Part shown: positions 1 through 12,341 of the stretch, piece by piece
How the letters are laid out: the number at the start of each line of letters is the position of its first letter
Numbering within the stretch: position 1 is the stretch's first letter
Assembly: GCA_016869235.1 (NCBI GenBank)
Contig: VGER01000002.1
Span: 7,801-71,800, forward strand
DNA: 64,000 bases
Direction of reading: 5' to 3'
Source: Alphaproteobacteria bacterium
Lineage (GTDB): Bacteria; Pseudomonadota; Alphaproteobacteria; UBA2966; CAIVPW01
Notes under the pieces: model-generated
Database searches by the model: none
What the model was told of the DNA's origin: nothing
Seen by the model: the letters and a program-made list of their open reading frames with translations, nothing else
Translations under genes and position numbers: made by a program

Positions 1-748
1 AGCACGAAAGCGGTCGTGCTGGTGACCATGGCCTCGCGCGCGGCCAACGCCTCGTCGCGGCTGAAGGCGTGCTCCACGACGAGGACGCCGGCGTCCCGGC
101 ATGCCTCGAGCAGAGCCGCCCGGGTGACACCGCCCAGCAGCGCCGTGCCGAGGTTGCGCGTCACCAAGTTGCCTTTTTGGTCGACGATCCACGCGTTGCT
201 GGAGCTCCCTTCCGTGACGTCGCCAGCGGCGTCCACCAGCCACGCCTCGTAGACGCCGGCGGCGGTCGCCTCCTGGCGCGCCAGGACATTAGGCAGGAGC
301 GCGATCGACTTGATGTCGCAGCGGCCCCAGCGGATGTCGGGAACGCTGATGACCTTCACGCCGTCGCGCACCGCCGCCTCGGACGGTGGCGCGAGAGAGC
401 GCGCCGTGACGACGACGGCCGGCTTGGTATCCTTGGGGAACGCGTGCGCGCGCCTGGCGACGCCGCGCGTCACCTGCATGTAGACGATGCCGGTCTTGAC
501 GTGGTTGCGGCACACCATTTCGCGCACCACCACTTCCAGCGGCCGGCGTGCCATGGGCGCGGCGATCTGCAGGGACTTCAGCGACCGGTCGAGCCGGTCG
601 AGGTGCGGCTCGAGATCGAGTATGCGGCCTTCGCGCACGGCAATGACCTCGTAGACGCCGTCCGCGAACTGGTAGCCGCGGTCCTCGACGTGCACGCCGG
701 CCTGGCGGTGCCGCAGGTACCGCCCGTTGACGTAGGTGATGCGCGACA

Positions 749-749
<1 letters not shown>
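1..749 (-). CDS. Class IV (D-amino-acid / branched-chain type) aminotransferase; N-terminal ~249 codons, C-terminus runs off the window start
   Basis: Minus-strand frame is open from ATG at 749 to position 1. My translation starts MSRITYVNGRYLRHRQAGVHVEDRGYQFADGVYEVIAV and later contains EGSSSNAWIVD, a fold-type IV transaminase pattern. The ATG overlaps the ntrX stop (ATGA). It is absent from the ORF track because it has no stop inside the window. Confidence 0.75.
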
Positions 750-2155
<1,406 letters not shown>

Positions 2156-2192
2156 TGGCTTTCGACCGAAACGGATCCAAGGGTGCGCGCCG

Positions 2193-4466
2193 CTAGACCG
2201 CCGAGCGCAGCGGCAAGCGCGCGACGGGGGCGGGTTCCGCAGAGCCAAGCGGCGGGTCGGCGGGGAAATGCAGGCCGATGACGGCACCGCCGCCCGGCCG
2301 GTCGTCGAGCGAGAGGCGGCCGCCGTGGTCGTCCATGACCTTGGCGACGATGGCGAGGCCGAGGCCGGTGCCCTTCTCCCGTGTGGTGAAGTACGGCTCG
2401 GTCAGGCGCGCGCGGTCCCCCTGCGGCAGGCCCTTGCCGTTGTCGAGCACCGCGAGCCCGACTCCGTCGGGCTCCTGCGCAACGCGGATGACGATTTGGC
2501 CTGGCGGCAGCGCCTTGCCGGCGGCAGCGGGCCGCTCGGCGATCGCCTGCACCGCGTTGAGCAGCAAGTTGGTGAGCACCTGCGCCACCTGGTGACTGTC
2601 GCAATGCACTAGCATCGGCAAATCGGGGGCATCGACGCGAAACGAGATCGAAGCGTTCGCCACCTTTGGCAGGAACAATGCCTGACGGGCGAGCTCGGTG
2701 AGGTTCTCCTCGCGGAACACCGGCGTCGGCATGCGCGCGAAGGACGAGAACTCATCGATGAGGCGGCCGATATCGCCGACCTGACGGATGATCGTCTCGG
2801 TGCACTGCTTGAACACTTCGGGGTCGGAGCCGATCTCGTTCAGGTACTTGCGTTTCAGGCGCTCGGCCGAAAGCTGGATCGGAGTGAGCGGGTTCTTGAT
2901 CTCGTGAGCGATGCGCCGGGCGATGTCGGCCCAGGCGGCGTTGCGCTGCGCCGTGATCAGCTCGGTGACGTCGTCGAAGGTGACGACGAAGCCAAGGATG
3001 GTTCCGGCCGAACCTTCCGCGGCGACGCGGGCGAGCAGCGTGTGCGTGACGCCGCCGCGGACGATAGCCACCTGCCCTTGCGCCAGCCGCCAAGGCCGCT
3101 CGCGCGCTTCGCCCACCAATCCGTTGAGCTCGGGCACGACGTCGACGAAGCTGCGGCCGATGAGCGACTCGGCGCTCGTTTCCAGGAGCTGCACCGCGGT
3201 GCGGTTGGGCAGGTTGATGCGCCCCTCGGCATCGAGACCGACCACGCCCGACGAGACACCCGATAGCACCGCTTCGGTGAAGCGGCGGCGGTTGTCGAGC
3301 TGCTGGTTGGCGTCGATGAGCTCGCCGCGCTGGTTCTCGAGCTGACTGGTCATGCGGTTGAAGGCGCGGCTCAAGCTGCCAACCTCGTCGTCGGGCGGGC
3401 CTTCGGGCACGCGCGCCGACAGGTCACCAGCGCGAATGCGTTCGGATGCCTGCACGAGCGCCGAAACCGGGGCGATCAGGCGCGAGGCGAAGACCAGCGC
3501 GAGCCAGACGGCCGCGAGCAGCAACAGCAGCGCGACGACGATGAAGATGAGGGCGAAACGCACCTGGAAGCCCGAGCGCTCGCTCTCCAGGCGCTGGTAC
3601 TCAGCAACCGCGTTTCGGGTCTGGTCGGCGTGCAGAATCACGCCGGCATCCACGAGCCTTCCGACGTAGAGATACGAGCCTACCAACTGGTCGAGCCGCA
3701 CAAGCGCGCGCACGCGCTGGTCGTCCTCGGTGGTGATGATCACGACCTCGCCGCGCGCCGCCCCACCCTTCACCTGGTCGGCGACGCGAACGAGATCGAA
3801 CTCCATCGAGAAGCTCAGCCCGGCGCGCGCCAGAACGTTGCCGGCGCCGTCGAGCACCAGCGCTTCGGGGAGGCTGCGAGCGCGCGCCTCGACCTCGAGA
3901 ATCTGCTGCAGCAAGCCTGGTCGGGTGCGAATTTGCGTCGCCCCGCGGTTGATCTCGGCCGCCAGCGAGAGAACGTCGGCGCGGATTTGCTTACGGTGCT
4001 CCTCGACATACGCGGTCGCCACTTCAACGGAAGCGTTGAGCGCCGTGCTGACACGGTCGTTGAACCACGACTGCAGGCCGAGGTTGAAGAACAGCGCCGA
4101 GAAGACCGCGACGAAGATCGCCGGCGTCACCGCCAAGAGGCCGAACAGGACAACGAGGCGGCTGTGCAGACGCGAGCCGACGAGACCGCGCCGGCGTTCG
4201 ATCCACAGCAGCACCAGGCGCCGCGACACGACGACACCCAGCGCCAGCAGCAGCACGAGGTCGATCAGCAGCAACGTCAGGACGGAGTTGGGATCGGGCC
4301 CGAGCGGACCGGTGCGCGTCAACGCCACGTACGTCGCAACGCCGGAGCCAACGGCGAGCAGCGCCAGCGCGATGGCAAGGCGGCGGCCGAGGTCGACGCT
4401 GCGCGCCCAGCGCGCGAAGCGCTGCGACATGCCGAGGTCGTCCAGTGCGGGGGACTCAGAAACCAT
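2193..4466 (-). CDS. ntrY: Sensor histidine kinase NtrY (TM, HAMP, PAS, HisKA, HATPase)
   Basis: 757-aa ORF with N-terminal TM segments, H-box AHEIKNPLTPI, G-boxes DNGKG and GTGLGLAIV. Paired with ntrX. Confidence 0.9.
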   Translation of the reverse strand: MVSESPALDDLGMSQRFARWARSVDLGRRLAIALALLAVGSGVATYVALTRTGPLGPDPNSVLTLLLIDLVLLLALGVVVSRRLVLLWIERRRGLVGSRLHSRLVVLFGLLAVTPAIFVAVFSALFFNLGLQSWFNDRVSTALNASVEVATAYVEEHRKQIRADVLSLAAEINRGATQIRTRPGLLQQILEVEARARSLPEALVLDGAGNVLARAGLSFSMEFDLVRVADQVKGGAARGEVVIITTEDDQRVRALVRLDQLVGSYLYVGRLVDAGVILHADQTRNAVAEYQRLESERSGFQVRFALIFIVVALLLLLAAVWLALVFASRLIAPVSALVQASERIRAGDLSARVPEGPPDDEVGSLSRAFNRMTSQLENQRGELIDANQQLDNRRRFTEAVLSGVSSGVVGLDAEGRINLPNRTAVQLLETSAESLIGRSFVDVVPELNGLVGEARERPWRLAQGQVAIVRGGVTHTLLARVAAEGSAGTILGFVVTFDDVTELITAQRNAAWADIARRIAHEIKNPLTPIQLSAERLKRKYLNEIGSDPEVFKQCTETIIRQVGDIGRLIDEFSSFARMPTPVFREENLTELARQALFLPKVANASISFRVDAPDLPMLVHCDSHQVAQVLTNLLLNAVQAIAERPAAAGKALPPGQIVIRVAQEPDGVGLAVLDNGKGLPQGDRARLTEPYFTTREKGTGLGLAIVAKVMDDHGGRLSLDDRPGGGAVIGLHFPADPPLGSAEPAPVARLPLRSAV

Positions 4467-4468
4467 GG

Positions 4469-4648
4469 TCAGGGGGCGCCCCCATAGAGCGTTTCATGCC
4501 TGCGCAGGCGGTCGGCATCCACCCTGGCTTTGGCGCGTGTCTCGGCCATGACGGCGAGCGCCCCCGCTGCTGGGGCCAAACCGCCCGCGCACACTGTTGC
4601 GGCTAGCGCAATCCTGCGGAATCGAAAAAACCAGGTTCCTGCCTTCAT
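4469..4648 (-). CDS. Hypothetical 59-aa protein with N-terminal signal/anchor-like segment, 2 nt upstream of ntrY
   Basis: Inner ATG of tracked ORF 4469..4741: MKAGTWFFRFRRIALAATVCAGGLAPAAGALAVMAETRAKARVDADRLRRHETLYGGAP. Stop TGA 4469-4471, ntrY ATG at 4466. Third-position GC is only moderate and the SD is weak. Confidence 0.35.
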   Translation of the reverse strand: MKAGTWFFRFRRIALAATVCAGGLAPAAGALAVMAETRAKARVDADRLRRHETLYGGAP

Positions 4649-4788
4649 CGTGTCCCGCGCTGCCACATGCGCGCCGGTCGTTGGGCCTTCGCCTAAGCAG
4701 GCGGTTGCTACTGTAGGCAGGTTGTTGCAGTACGGCAACATTGGCGGAGGGTTATCCCGCCATAAGCGCTGCGAATCGCAGAAAACCC

Positions 4789-6229
<1,441 letters not shown>

Positions 6230-6237
<8 letters not shown>

Positions 6238-7333
6238 GCCGGCGTTCTCCCGGTTCAGGGGCCTGGTTCTGTTGATAGATCGGCAACCGCACGCGGAAAA
6301 TGGTGCGGCGTGGCTCGGACTCGAATTCGACGACGCCGCGCAGGTCGCGGATGACCTTGGCGACGAGCGCCAGGCCGAGGCCGGTGCCGCCCGGCTTCGA
6401 GGTGACGAAGGCATCGAAAAGATGCGCGCGCATCTCCTCCGACACGCCCGGGCCGTTGTCGAGGACGCTGATCTCGAGGGGTAAGCTCATGCGCTCACGC
6501 GTGCCGGGCACGTTGACGCGGACGCCGTGGCGATAGGCGGTGGCGAGCACGACGTCGCCGCCCTGCTCGGGTACGGCCTCGCAGGCATTCTTCACCAGAT
6601 TCAGGAACACCTGAATGAGCGCGTTGCGGTCGGCGGCGGCCGGCGGCAAGGACGGGTCGTAGCGCTCGGTGAACCGCACGTGCCGGCCGAAGCCGCCCTG
6701 CGCCAGCTTGCGCACGTGACCCAGCACTTCGTGGATGTTGACGGGGTGTGCCTGGATCGTGCCTTCGTCTCCGAATTGGTCAATGGTGTCGACGAGGGCG
6801 CAGATACGATCCGCTTCCTGGCGGATCAGGCGCGTCAACTCACGGTCGGCTTCGCTGGCGTTCTGCTCGAGCAGTTGGGCGGCGCCGGAGATGCCGGACA
6901 GCGGATTCTTCACCTCATGCGCCAACAGCCGCGCAATACCCATGACGGAGCGTGCCGCGCCGCGATAGCTGAGCTGCCGGTCCATGGACTCGGCAATGGA
7001 GCGGGGCCGGATCGATACCACCAGGCCTCCGGGCGACTCGAGGATGGGGGAGACGCGGACGTCGACGCGCTGGGAACCGAGGCGCGGACCGGCAACCTCG
7101 ACCCCATGGTCGGCCAGGCCGGTACCGTGCTTGCGCACGAGGGCAACCAAGGCCATGAGCGGGCTGTCGGCCCTGACCAGCGAGGCCAGCGTATTGCCGC
7201 GCAGGCTGGTGGAGCCCGCGCCCAGGAACTGCTCCGCCGCCGGGTTCACCCAGGCGATGGAGTCCCCTCGATCGAGGACCAGGATCGGATCGGGCAGTGC
7301 CGCAAGGACCACATCGGCGCTAAACGCCGACAT
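6230..7333 (-). CDS. ntrB: Nitrogen regulation sensor kinase NtrB
   Basis: Tracked ORF 6230..7888 has a spurious N-terminus. Start [21 protein letters not shown] (ATG 7333); alternative in-frame ATG at 7375. PAS, H-box [26 protein letters not shown]. Confidence 0.88.
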
Positions 7334-7375
7334 TGTGAGCAACCGGCCGACCTCTCCTGCGATCTCGCTAATCAT

Positions 7376-7440
7376 GTAGGCAAATCGACAAATAATCCCG
7401 ATAAAATTACAAAACAATTGAACAAATATTGGGCTCTGAT
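7376..7440 (-). promoter_or_regulatory. AT-rich putative ntrBC promoter region
   Basis: This stretch (minus strand ...CCAATATTTGTTCAATTGTTTTGTAATTTTATCGGGATTATTTGTCGATTTGCC...) is far more AT-rich than its surroundings. It lies between the upstream terminator and the ntrB start. I could not fix exact -35/-10 hexamers. Confidence 0.4.
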
Positions 7441-7530
7441 TGGTGAGATGGTCAAACCTTGTGCAGCATACGCGGGAAGGCGAGGCTCCACAAGGGCCTC
7501 GGCAGCTCGTACGACCGGAGTCGGCAGGAA

Positions 7531-7570
7531 TCCAAAGAAGAGCGGCCGGCCAGTTTCCTGACCGGCCGCC
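7531..7570 (-). terminator. Rho-independent-type terminator after the degP-like gene
   Basis: Minus strand reads GGCGGCCGGTCAG-GAAA-CTGGCCGGCCGC followed by TCTTCTTTGG, about 25 nt after the stop at 7596. Confidence 0.6.
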
Positions 7571-7595
7571 TCTCAGGCCCCCTAACCGTTCTACC

Positions 7596-8772
7596 CTAGC
7601 GGTTGTTTCCGGCAGGGGTGATGCGCGGAGGAGTAAGGTCGGCAGCCAGTTCGAGGCGGGCTGTCTGGGAGCGGTTATCCCGGACGTACGTGATCTCGAC
7701 GTTCTCGCCGGCGCGGATGAGCGCGAGGCGATTGCGCAGATCGCGTGTCTCGCGGACCTCGTTGCCGTTGACTCGCGTGATGACGTCGCCGCGGCGCAGG
7801 CCGGCCCGTTCGGCGCGCGAACCCGACTCCACACCCATGATGACCGAGCCGCGGGCCGGCGGCCGGTTGATCCTGAGCTCATCGACAACGGCCGGCGTAA
7901 TATCGGCGACCTCGACGCCCAAGCGGCCGCGCCGCACCTCGCCGAACTGGATGATCTGCTCCATCACCGCGCGCGCCATGTCGACGGAGACGGCGAAGTC
8001 AATGCCGATGTTGCCGCCCGGGCCGAGGATCGCCGTGTTGATGCCGATCAGGCGCCCGCTGAGGTCGAGCAACGCGCCGCCGGAGTTGCCGGGGTTGATG
8101 GAGGCGTCCGTCTGGATGAAGTCCTCGTAACCTTCGATGTTGAGGCCGCCGCGGCCGAGGGCGCTAACGACGCCGGACGTTACCGTCTGACCAAGGCCGA
8201 ACGGATTGCCGACCGCGACGACGAAATCTCCGACCTTGAGGCTGGTCGAGGAGCCAAGCGGCACGGCGGTGAGGTTGTTGGCGTCAACCTTCAGCAACGC
8301 GATGTCGGTCTCGGGATCGTCGCCTACCACCTTTGCGTCGAGGCGGCGGTCATCCGTGAGCGTAATGCTGATGTTGTCGGCGTTGCGCACGACGTGGCTG
8401 TTGGTGAGGACATACCCGTTGCGTGCGTCAACAACGACGCCCGATCCCGCAGACTGGAATTAGCGCGCGCGGGGCCTGCATGCCCTCCGGGAAGAAGCGG
8501 CGGAAGAAAGGATCCTGGAACAGCGGGTTGTCCTGCTGCTGCATCCGCACCGTGCCGGAGACGGCGATGTTCACCACTCCGGGCGTGACCTTCTCGATGA
8601 TGGGCGCCAGCGTCGGGATGCCGCCCCGCTGCTCGTCGATGGGGAAACCGGCGGCAAGCACCGGGCCGGTGCCGACAGCAACAGCGAAAGCTGCGGCGAC
8701 AACGGCGACAACGGCGACGGCGGCACGCGATGCCCGACGCGATCCTGAGACCAGATTCGGGCGAACCGGCAT
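7596..8772 (-). pseudogene. DegP/HtrA-family periplasmic serine protease (one PDZ), reading frame broken by a 1-nt insertion near 8457-8463
   Basis: ORF 8428..8772 gives the signal peptide plus FFRRFFPEGMQAPR. ORF 7596..8390 and its upstream extension give FQSAGSGVVVDARNGYVLTNSHVV, DIALLKV, GNSGGAL and the PDZ. The two parts are in different frames and the total length is 1177 nt (3n+1). Confidence 0.85.
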
Positions 8773-8902
8773 TATTGACGCCTAGGTTTTCGAGGGTTCA
8801 GGCTTCTGAGTTCGGTTGGCGAATGTCGGAAACAAGGCTTCCGCCGCCCGCCGCGCGATTGGCAATTCGCAGTATCCCGGAATAGGGTTCCCACGGTTCC
8901 GA

Positions 8903-10075
8903 ATGCGCACTATCGCCCTCGTCGTCGCGGCCGGCCGCGGCTCCCGCCTCGGCGGCGACGTTCCCAAGCAATACCTTTCGTTGGCTGGGACCAGCGTCTT
9001 GCGCCACAGCGTCGCGACGTTCGCGCACCACCCGGCGGTGGACGCCACGCGCGTGGTCATTCACCCCGACGACCGGCCGCAATACGACGCCGCAACGGCA
9101 GGACTAGTCCTGCTCGCTCCAACCCATGGCGGCGCCTCCCGCCAGGAGTCGGTACTGCGCGGCCTGGAGAGCCTGGCGGACGAGCGTCCCGATGCGGTGC
9201 TGATCCACGACGGCGCGCGACCGCTGGTGAGCGGCAACACCATCACCAACGTCATTGCCGCGCTGGCGGCGGGGCCGGGGGCGATTGCCGCGGTCCCCGT
9301 GCGCGATACCTTGAAAAAGGGCGAGGGGAATCGCATCGCCGACACGATCGACCGGCGCGGCCTTTGGCGCGCGCAAACGCCGCAAGGATTTCGCTATCAC
9401 GACATCCTGCGCGCACATCGCGAGGCAATCGGCCGCGAGTTCACGGACGACGCCCAGGTTGCCGAGCATGCCGGCCTCGCGGTGACATTGGTGGAGGACA
9501 GCGAGGACAACCTGAAGATCACTACCGCGCATGACCTTGCGCGTGCCGAGAGCCTGGTGGGAGCCACATGGCAGGCCCTGGGCGATGTGCGCGTGGGCTC
9601 CGGGTTCGACGTCCATCGCTTTGGGCCGGGCGACGCAGTGATGCTGTGCGGCGTGCGCATTCCGCACAGCGCGGCGCTCGAGGGCCACTCGGACGCCGAC
9701 GTCGGCCTGCACGCCCTGTGCGACGCACTTCTCGCCACCATCGGCGCGGGAGACATCGGCCAGCACTTCCCGCCCAGCGACGCGCGCTGGCGCGCCGCCG
9801 ATTCGTCGGCGTTCGTCAAGCACGCCGCCGGCTTGGTCCGTGAGCGGGGCGGCGTCGTCGCGCACGTGGACCTCACGCTGATGTGCGAGGCGCCGCGGGT
9901 GTCGCCCCATCGTACCGCCATGGTGGCACGCATCGCCGAAATCCTTGCGCTGGCGGCCGACCGCGTCAGCGTCAAGGCGACCACAACGGAACGCCTCGGC
10001 TTCACCGGGCGCGGAGAAGGTATCGCCGCGTCGGCGACGGCGACCGTGCGGCTGCCGTGGACTGCACCGCGATGA
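8903..10075 (+). CDS. ispDF: Bifunctional IspD/IspF (MEP cytidylyltransferase / MEcPP synthase)
   Basis: Real start [18 protein letters not shown] at 8903 inside tracked ORF 8816..10075. The IspF half has GSGFDVHRF and [12 protein letters not shown]. Confidence 0.92.
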   Translation: MRTIALVVAAGRGSRLGGDVPKQYLSLAGTSVLRHSVATFAHHPAVDATRVVIHPDDRPQYDAATAGLVLLAPTHGGASRQESVLRGLESLADERPDAVLIHDGARPLVSGNTITNVIAALAAGPGAIAAVPVRDTLKKGEGNRIADTIDRRGLWRAQTPQGFRYHDILRAHREAIGREFTDDAQVAEHAGLAVTLVEDSEDNLKITTAHDLARAESLVGATWQALGDVRVGSGFDVHRFGPGDAVMLCGVRIPHSAALEGHSDADVGLHALCDALLATIGAGDIGQHFPPSDARWRAADSSAFVKHAAGLVRERGGVVAHVDLTLMCEAPRVSPHRTAMVARIAEILALAADRVSVKATTTERLGFTGRGEGIAASATATVRLPWTAPR

Positions 10076-10554
10076 AGAAAGCACCGGCGGGACCTCCGCT
10101 GAACACGGCCTGGGCGCTGCTGGCGACGTGGTTCGGCGCCGGCCGCCTCCCGTTCGCGCCGGGCACCTGGGGATCCCTAGCCGCCCTTCCCTTCGCCGCC
10201 GTGCTGCTCTGGCTTGCCGGGCCGTGGGCTCTGGCGGCCGGCGCCGCCGTGTTCTTCTTCGTCGGGCTGTGGGCGGCACTGCGCTACGTCAAGGCAACCG
10301 GACGGGTCGACCCCGCCGACGTGGTGATTGACGAGGTGGTCGGGCAATGGATCGCGCTCATCCTCGTGCCGTACTCGCTCGAAGGCGTGCTGCTGTCGGT
10401 CGTCTTCTTCCGCGCCTTCGACATCCTGAAGCCCTGGCCGATTCGCTGGATCGAGCAGCGCTGGCCCGGACCACTCGGCGTCATGCTCGACGACGTGGTG
10501 GCAGGACTGGCCGCACTCGCCTGCATGGCCGTGGTGCGCTGGATCGGCGGATGA
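10072..10554 (+). CDS. pgpA: Phosphatidylglycerophosphatase A
   Basis: [40 protein letters not shown] ... DEVVGQW ... [14 protein letters not shown] 10072 overlaps the ispDF stop (ATGA). Confidence 0.88.
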   Translation: MKKAPAGPPLNTAWALLATWFGAGRLPFAPGTWGSLAALPFAAVLLWLAGPWALAAGAAVFFFVGLWAALRYVKATGRVDPADVVIDEVVGQWIALILVPYSLEGVLLSVVFFRAFDILKPWPIRWIEQRWPGPLGVMLDDVVAGLAALACMAVVRWIGG

Positions 10555-11051
10555 GCCCCTTCGATCCCACGCTGGCGGCGAGAGCGACGGAGTTCGTCGC
10601 GGCGTGCACGCGCGCGCAACTCACCTTGGCGGTGGCGGAGTCCTGCACCGGCGGATTGCTGGCCGGCCTCATCACCGCAGTGCCGGGCTCGTCGGCCGTG
10701 CTGCAACTGGGCGTGGTCGCCTACGCCGACGCTGCGAAATCCGGAGTGCTGCAGGTCCCCAAAAGCGCCCTTGGCCACGGCGCCGTCAGCGCCCAGGTTG
10801 CGCTCGCCATGGCGGAAGCCGTCCTCCGGTTGGGGCGTGCCGAGCTAGCCGCGGCGATCACGGGCATTGCCGGCCCGGGCGGTGGCAGCGAAGCCAAGCC
10901 GGTAGGCCTCGTGTACATCGCCGCGGTGCGTCGCGGGCGGCCGGCCAACGCGCAGCGGTTCCTGTTCGGCGAGCGCGGCCGCTCACAGGTGCGCGCCGCG
11001 TCGGTGAGCGCCGCGCTAAGCATGCTCGAGGCATTGCTGCAGGCGTCGTGA
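10551..11051 (+). CDS. CinA C-terminal domain protein (PncC-type nicotinamide-nucleotide amidohydrolase)
   Basis: [39 protein letters not shown] ... GIAGPGGGSEAKPVGLVYIA. ATG 10551 overlaps the pgpA stop (ATGA). Confidence 0.85.
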   Translation: MSPFDPTLAARATEFVAACTRAQLTLAVAESCTGGLLAGLITAVPGSSAVLQLGVVAYADAAKSGVLQVPKSALGHGAVSAQVALAMAEAVLRLGRAELAAAITGIAGPGGGSEAKPVGLVYIAAVRRGRPANAQRFLFGERGRSQVRAASVSAALSMLEALLQAS

Positions 11052-11077
11052 GCGTGGAACTCCCGGACTTGCCGCGC

Positions 11078-11788
11078 ATGCGCGGCGTACACGTACTGCA
11101 AGCATTCCTGGTGGTGGCGGGCCTTACGCTCGGCCTGCTGGTGACGGCGTTCTTCGCCTATGGCGTCCTGGTCATCTTCGGGTACGAAGGCACCACGGTG
11201 TTGTCGTTGCCGCTCCTGTTCGCGCTCGAGGCGGTGGCGATCCTCGGCGGGATCCACTATTCGCTAGTGTGCACCGGCCGCGTGAGCTGGCAGGAGCTCG
11301 GCTGGGTGCCGGTCCGGTCCGGGTGGCTGGCGCTCGCGGCACTGACGTGCGTTGCCATCTACGTCGTGATGATCGGCGTGCAATCGGTGCTGCGCGCGAT
11401 CAGCGGCGGCATCGAGATCGGCATGCTGCCCGAGGCGTTCGTGCTGTTCCCGCGCTCGGTGTTTGGCTTCCTGGGCAGCCTCGTATTCGGCGCCGTTGCG
11501 GTGCCGATTGCCGAGGAGTTCTTGTTCCGTGGTCTGTTGTTCCGCTGGATGCGCGACCGCTGGGGCTTCTCCGTCGGCGCGGTTGCCAGCGCGCTGGTGT
11601 TCGCCTTGGCGCATCCGCCGGCCGCCGGCTCGGCGCCGATGATCTTCCTGATCGGACTGGCGCTTGCGTACTTCTACGAGCGCTCCGGCTCTCTGTGGCC
11701 GAGCATGGTGCTGCATGGCGTGAACAACGGCATCGGCATCCTGTTCATCTACGTGGCCCTGTCGCTGGGAAGCGCACCGACGCTCTAA
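11078..11788 (+). CDS. CPBP (CAAX/Abi) family intramembrane glutamic protease
   Basis: Multi-TM protein with EEFLFRGLL, FALAH and HGVNN motifs. ATG at 11078; in-frame GTG at 11048 would overlap the cinA stop (GTGA). Confidence 0.75.
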   Translation: MRGVHVLQAFLVVAGLTLGLLVTAFFAYGVLVIFGYEGTTVLSLPLLFALEAVAILGGIHYSLVCTGRVSWQELGWVPVRSGWLALAALTCVAIYVVMIGVQSVLRAISGGIEIGMLPEAFVLFPRSVFGFLGSLVFGAVAVPIAEEFLFRGLLFRWMRDRWGFSVGAVASALVFALAHPPAAGSAPMIFLIGLALAYFYERSGSLWPSMVLHGVNNGIGILFIYVALSLGSAPTL

Positions 11789-11852
11789 GTACGGCTTCTA
11801 TAACGCGGTCACTTCACCGCTGCGTACGTCCTGCTGTTGCTGCCAGACTGGG

Positions 11853-12341
11853 CTACTTGGCGCCGGACGCCGTCTGCACGCGCCGCTGACGCCGCGGCTG
11901 CTCGCCGAACAGGTCGCGCGCGCGGGCCTCGAACGATCGCACCATGTGATGCACGGCGCGATGGAAGACCGCGCCCATCATGGTCTGCAGCAGGAAACTC
12001 TTGAAGGCGAAGTCGATGCTGAAGTCGATCTTCACGCCTTCGACGTCGCGCGACTTGGCGCGCGAGAACTCCCACAGGTTGTCCAGGTATCTGAAAGGCC
12101 CCTTGATGCCGACGACCTCGATGCGGCGCGGCCGCTCCAGGATCACGCGCGATGTGTAGGTCTCGGTCAGCGGCCCGTAGCCAATGCCGAGGCCGGCGAT
12201 GAGCTCGCCGTCCTTGCGCTCGACGATGCGCACGCCCGTGCACCACGGCAGAAACTCGGGGTACTTCTCGATGTCCGCCACCATGTCGAACATCTGCGCG
12301 ACGGTGTAGGGGAGAACGCGCGTCTCCTTGTGATGGTGCAT
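11853..12341 (-). CDS. SRPBCC / RatA (COQ10-like) family protein
   Basis: [34 protein letters not shown]... ATG 12341 overlaps the lipA stop (ATGA). This is the usual lipA-downstream partner in Alphaproteobacteria. Confidence 0.8.
   Translation of the reverse strand: MHHHKETRVLPYTVAQMFDMVADIEKYPEFLPWCTGVRIVERKDGELIAGLGIGYGPLTETYTSRVILERPRRIEVVGIKGPFRYLDNLWEFSRAKSRDVEGVKIDFSIDFAFKSFLLQTMMGAVFHRAVHHMVRSFEARARDLFGEQPRRQRRVQTASGAK

Noticed and set aside
7334-7888. N-terminal extensions of tracked ORFs (ntrB to 7888, ntrC to 6414, ntrX to 2287, lpd to 14809, kdsA to 21366, dxr to 54085, cdsA to 54801, pdhC to 16512, pdhB to 17423)
   Set aside because: The extensions overlap the upstream gene in another frame and lack homology. 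Canonical N-termini begin at internal ATG or GTG codons, often overlapping the upstream stop.
8440-8480. Programmed ribosomal frameshift in the degP-like gene
   Set aside because: There is no slippery X-XXY-YYZ heptamer, no internal SD-like stimulator and no obvious downstream pseudoknot. A simple 1-nt insertion or sequence error is more likely.
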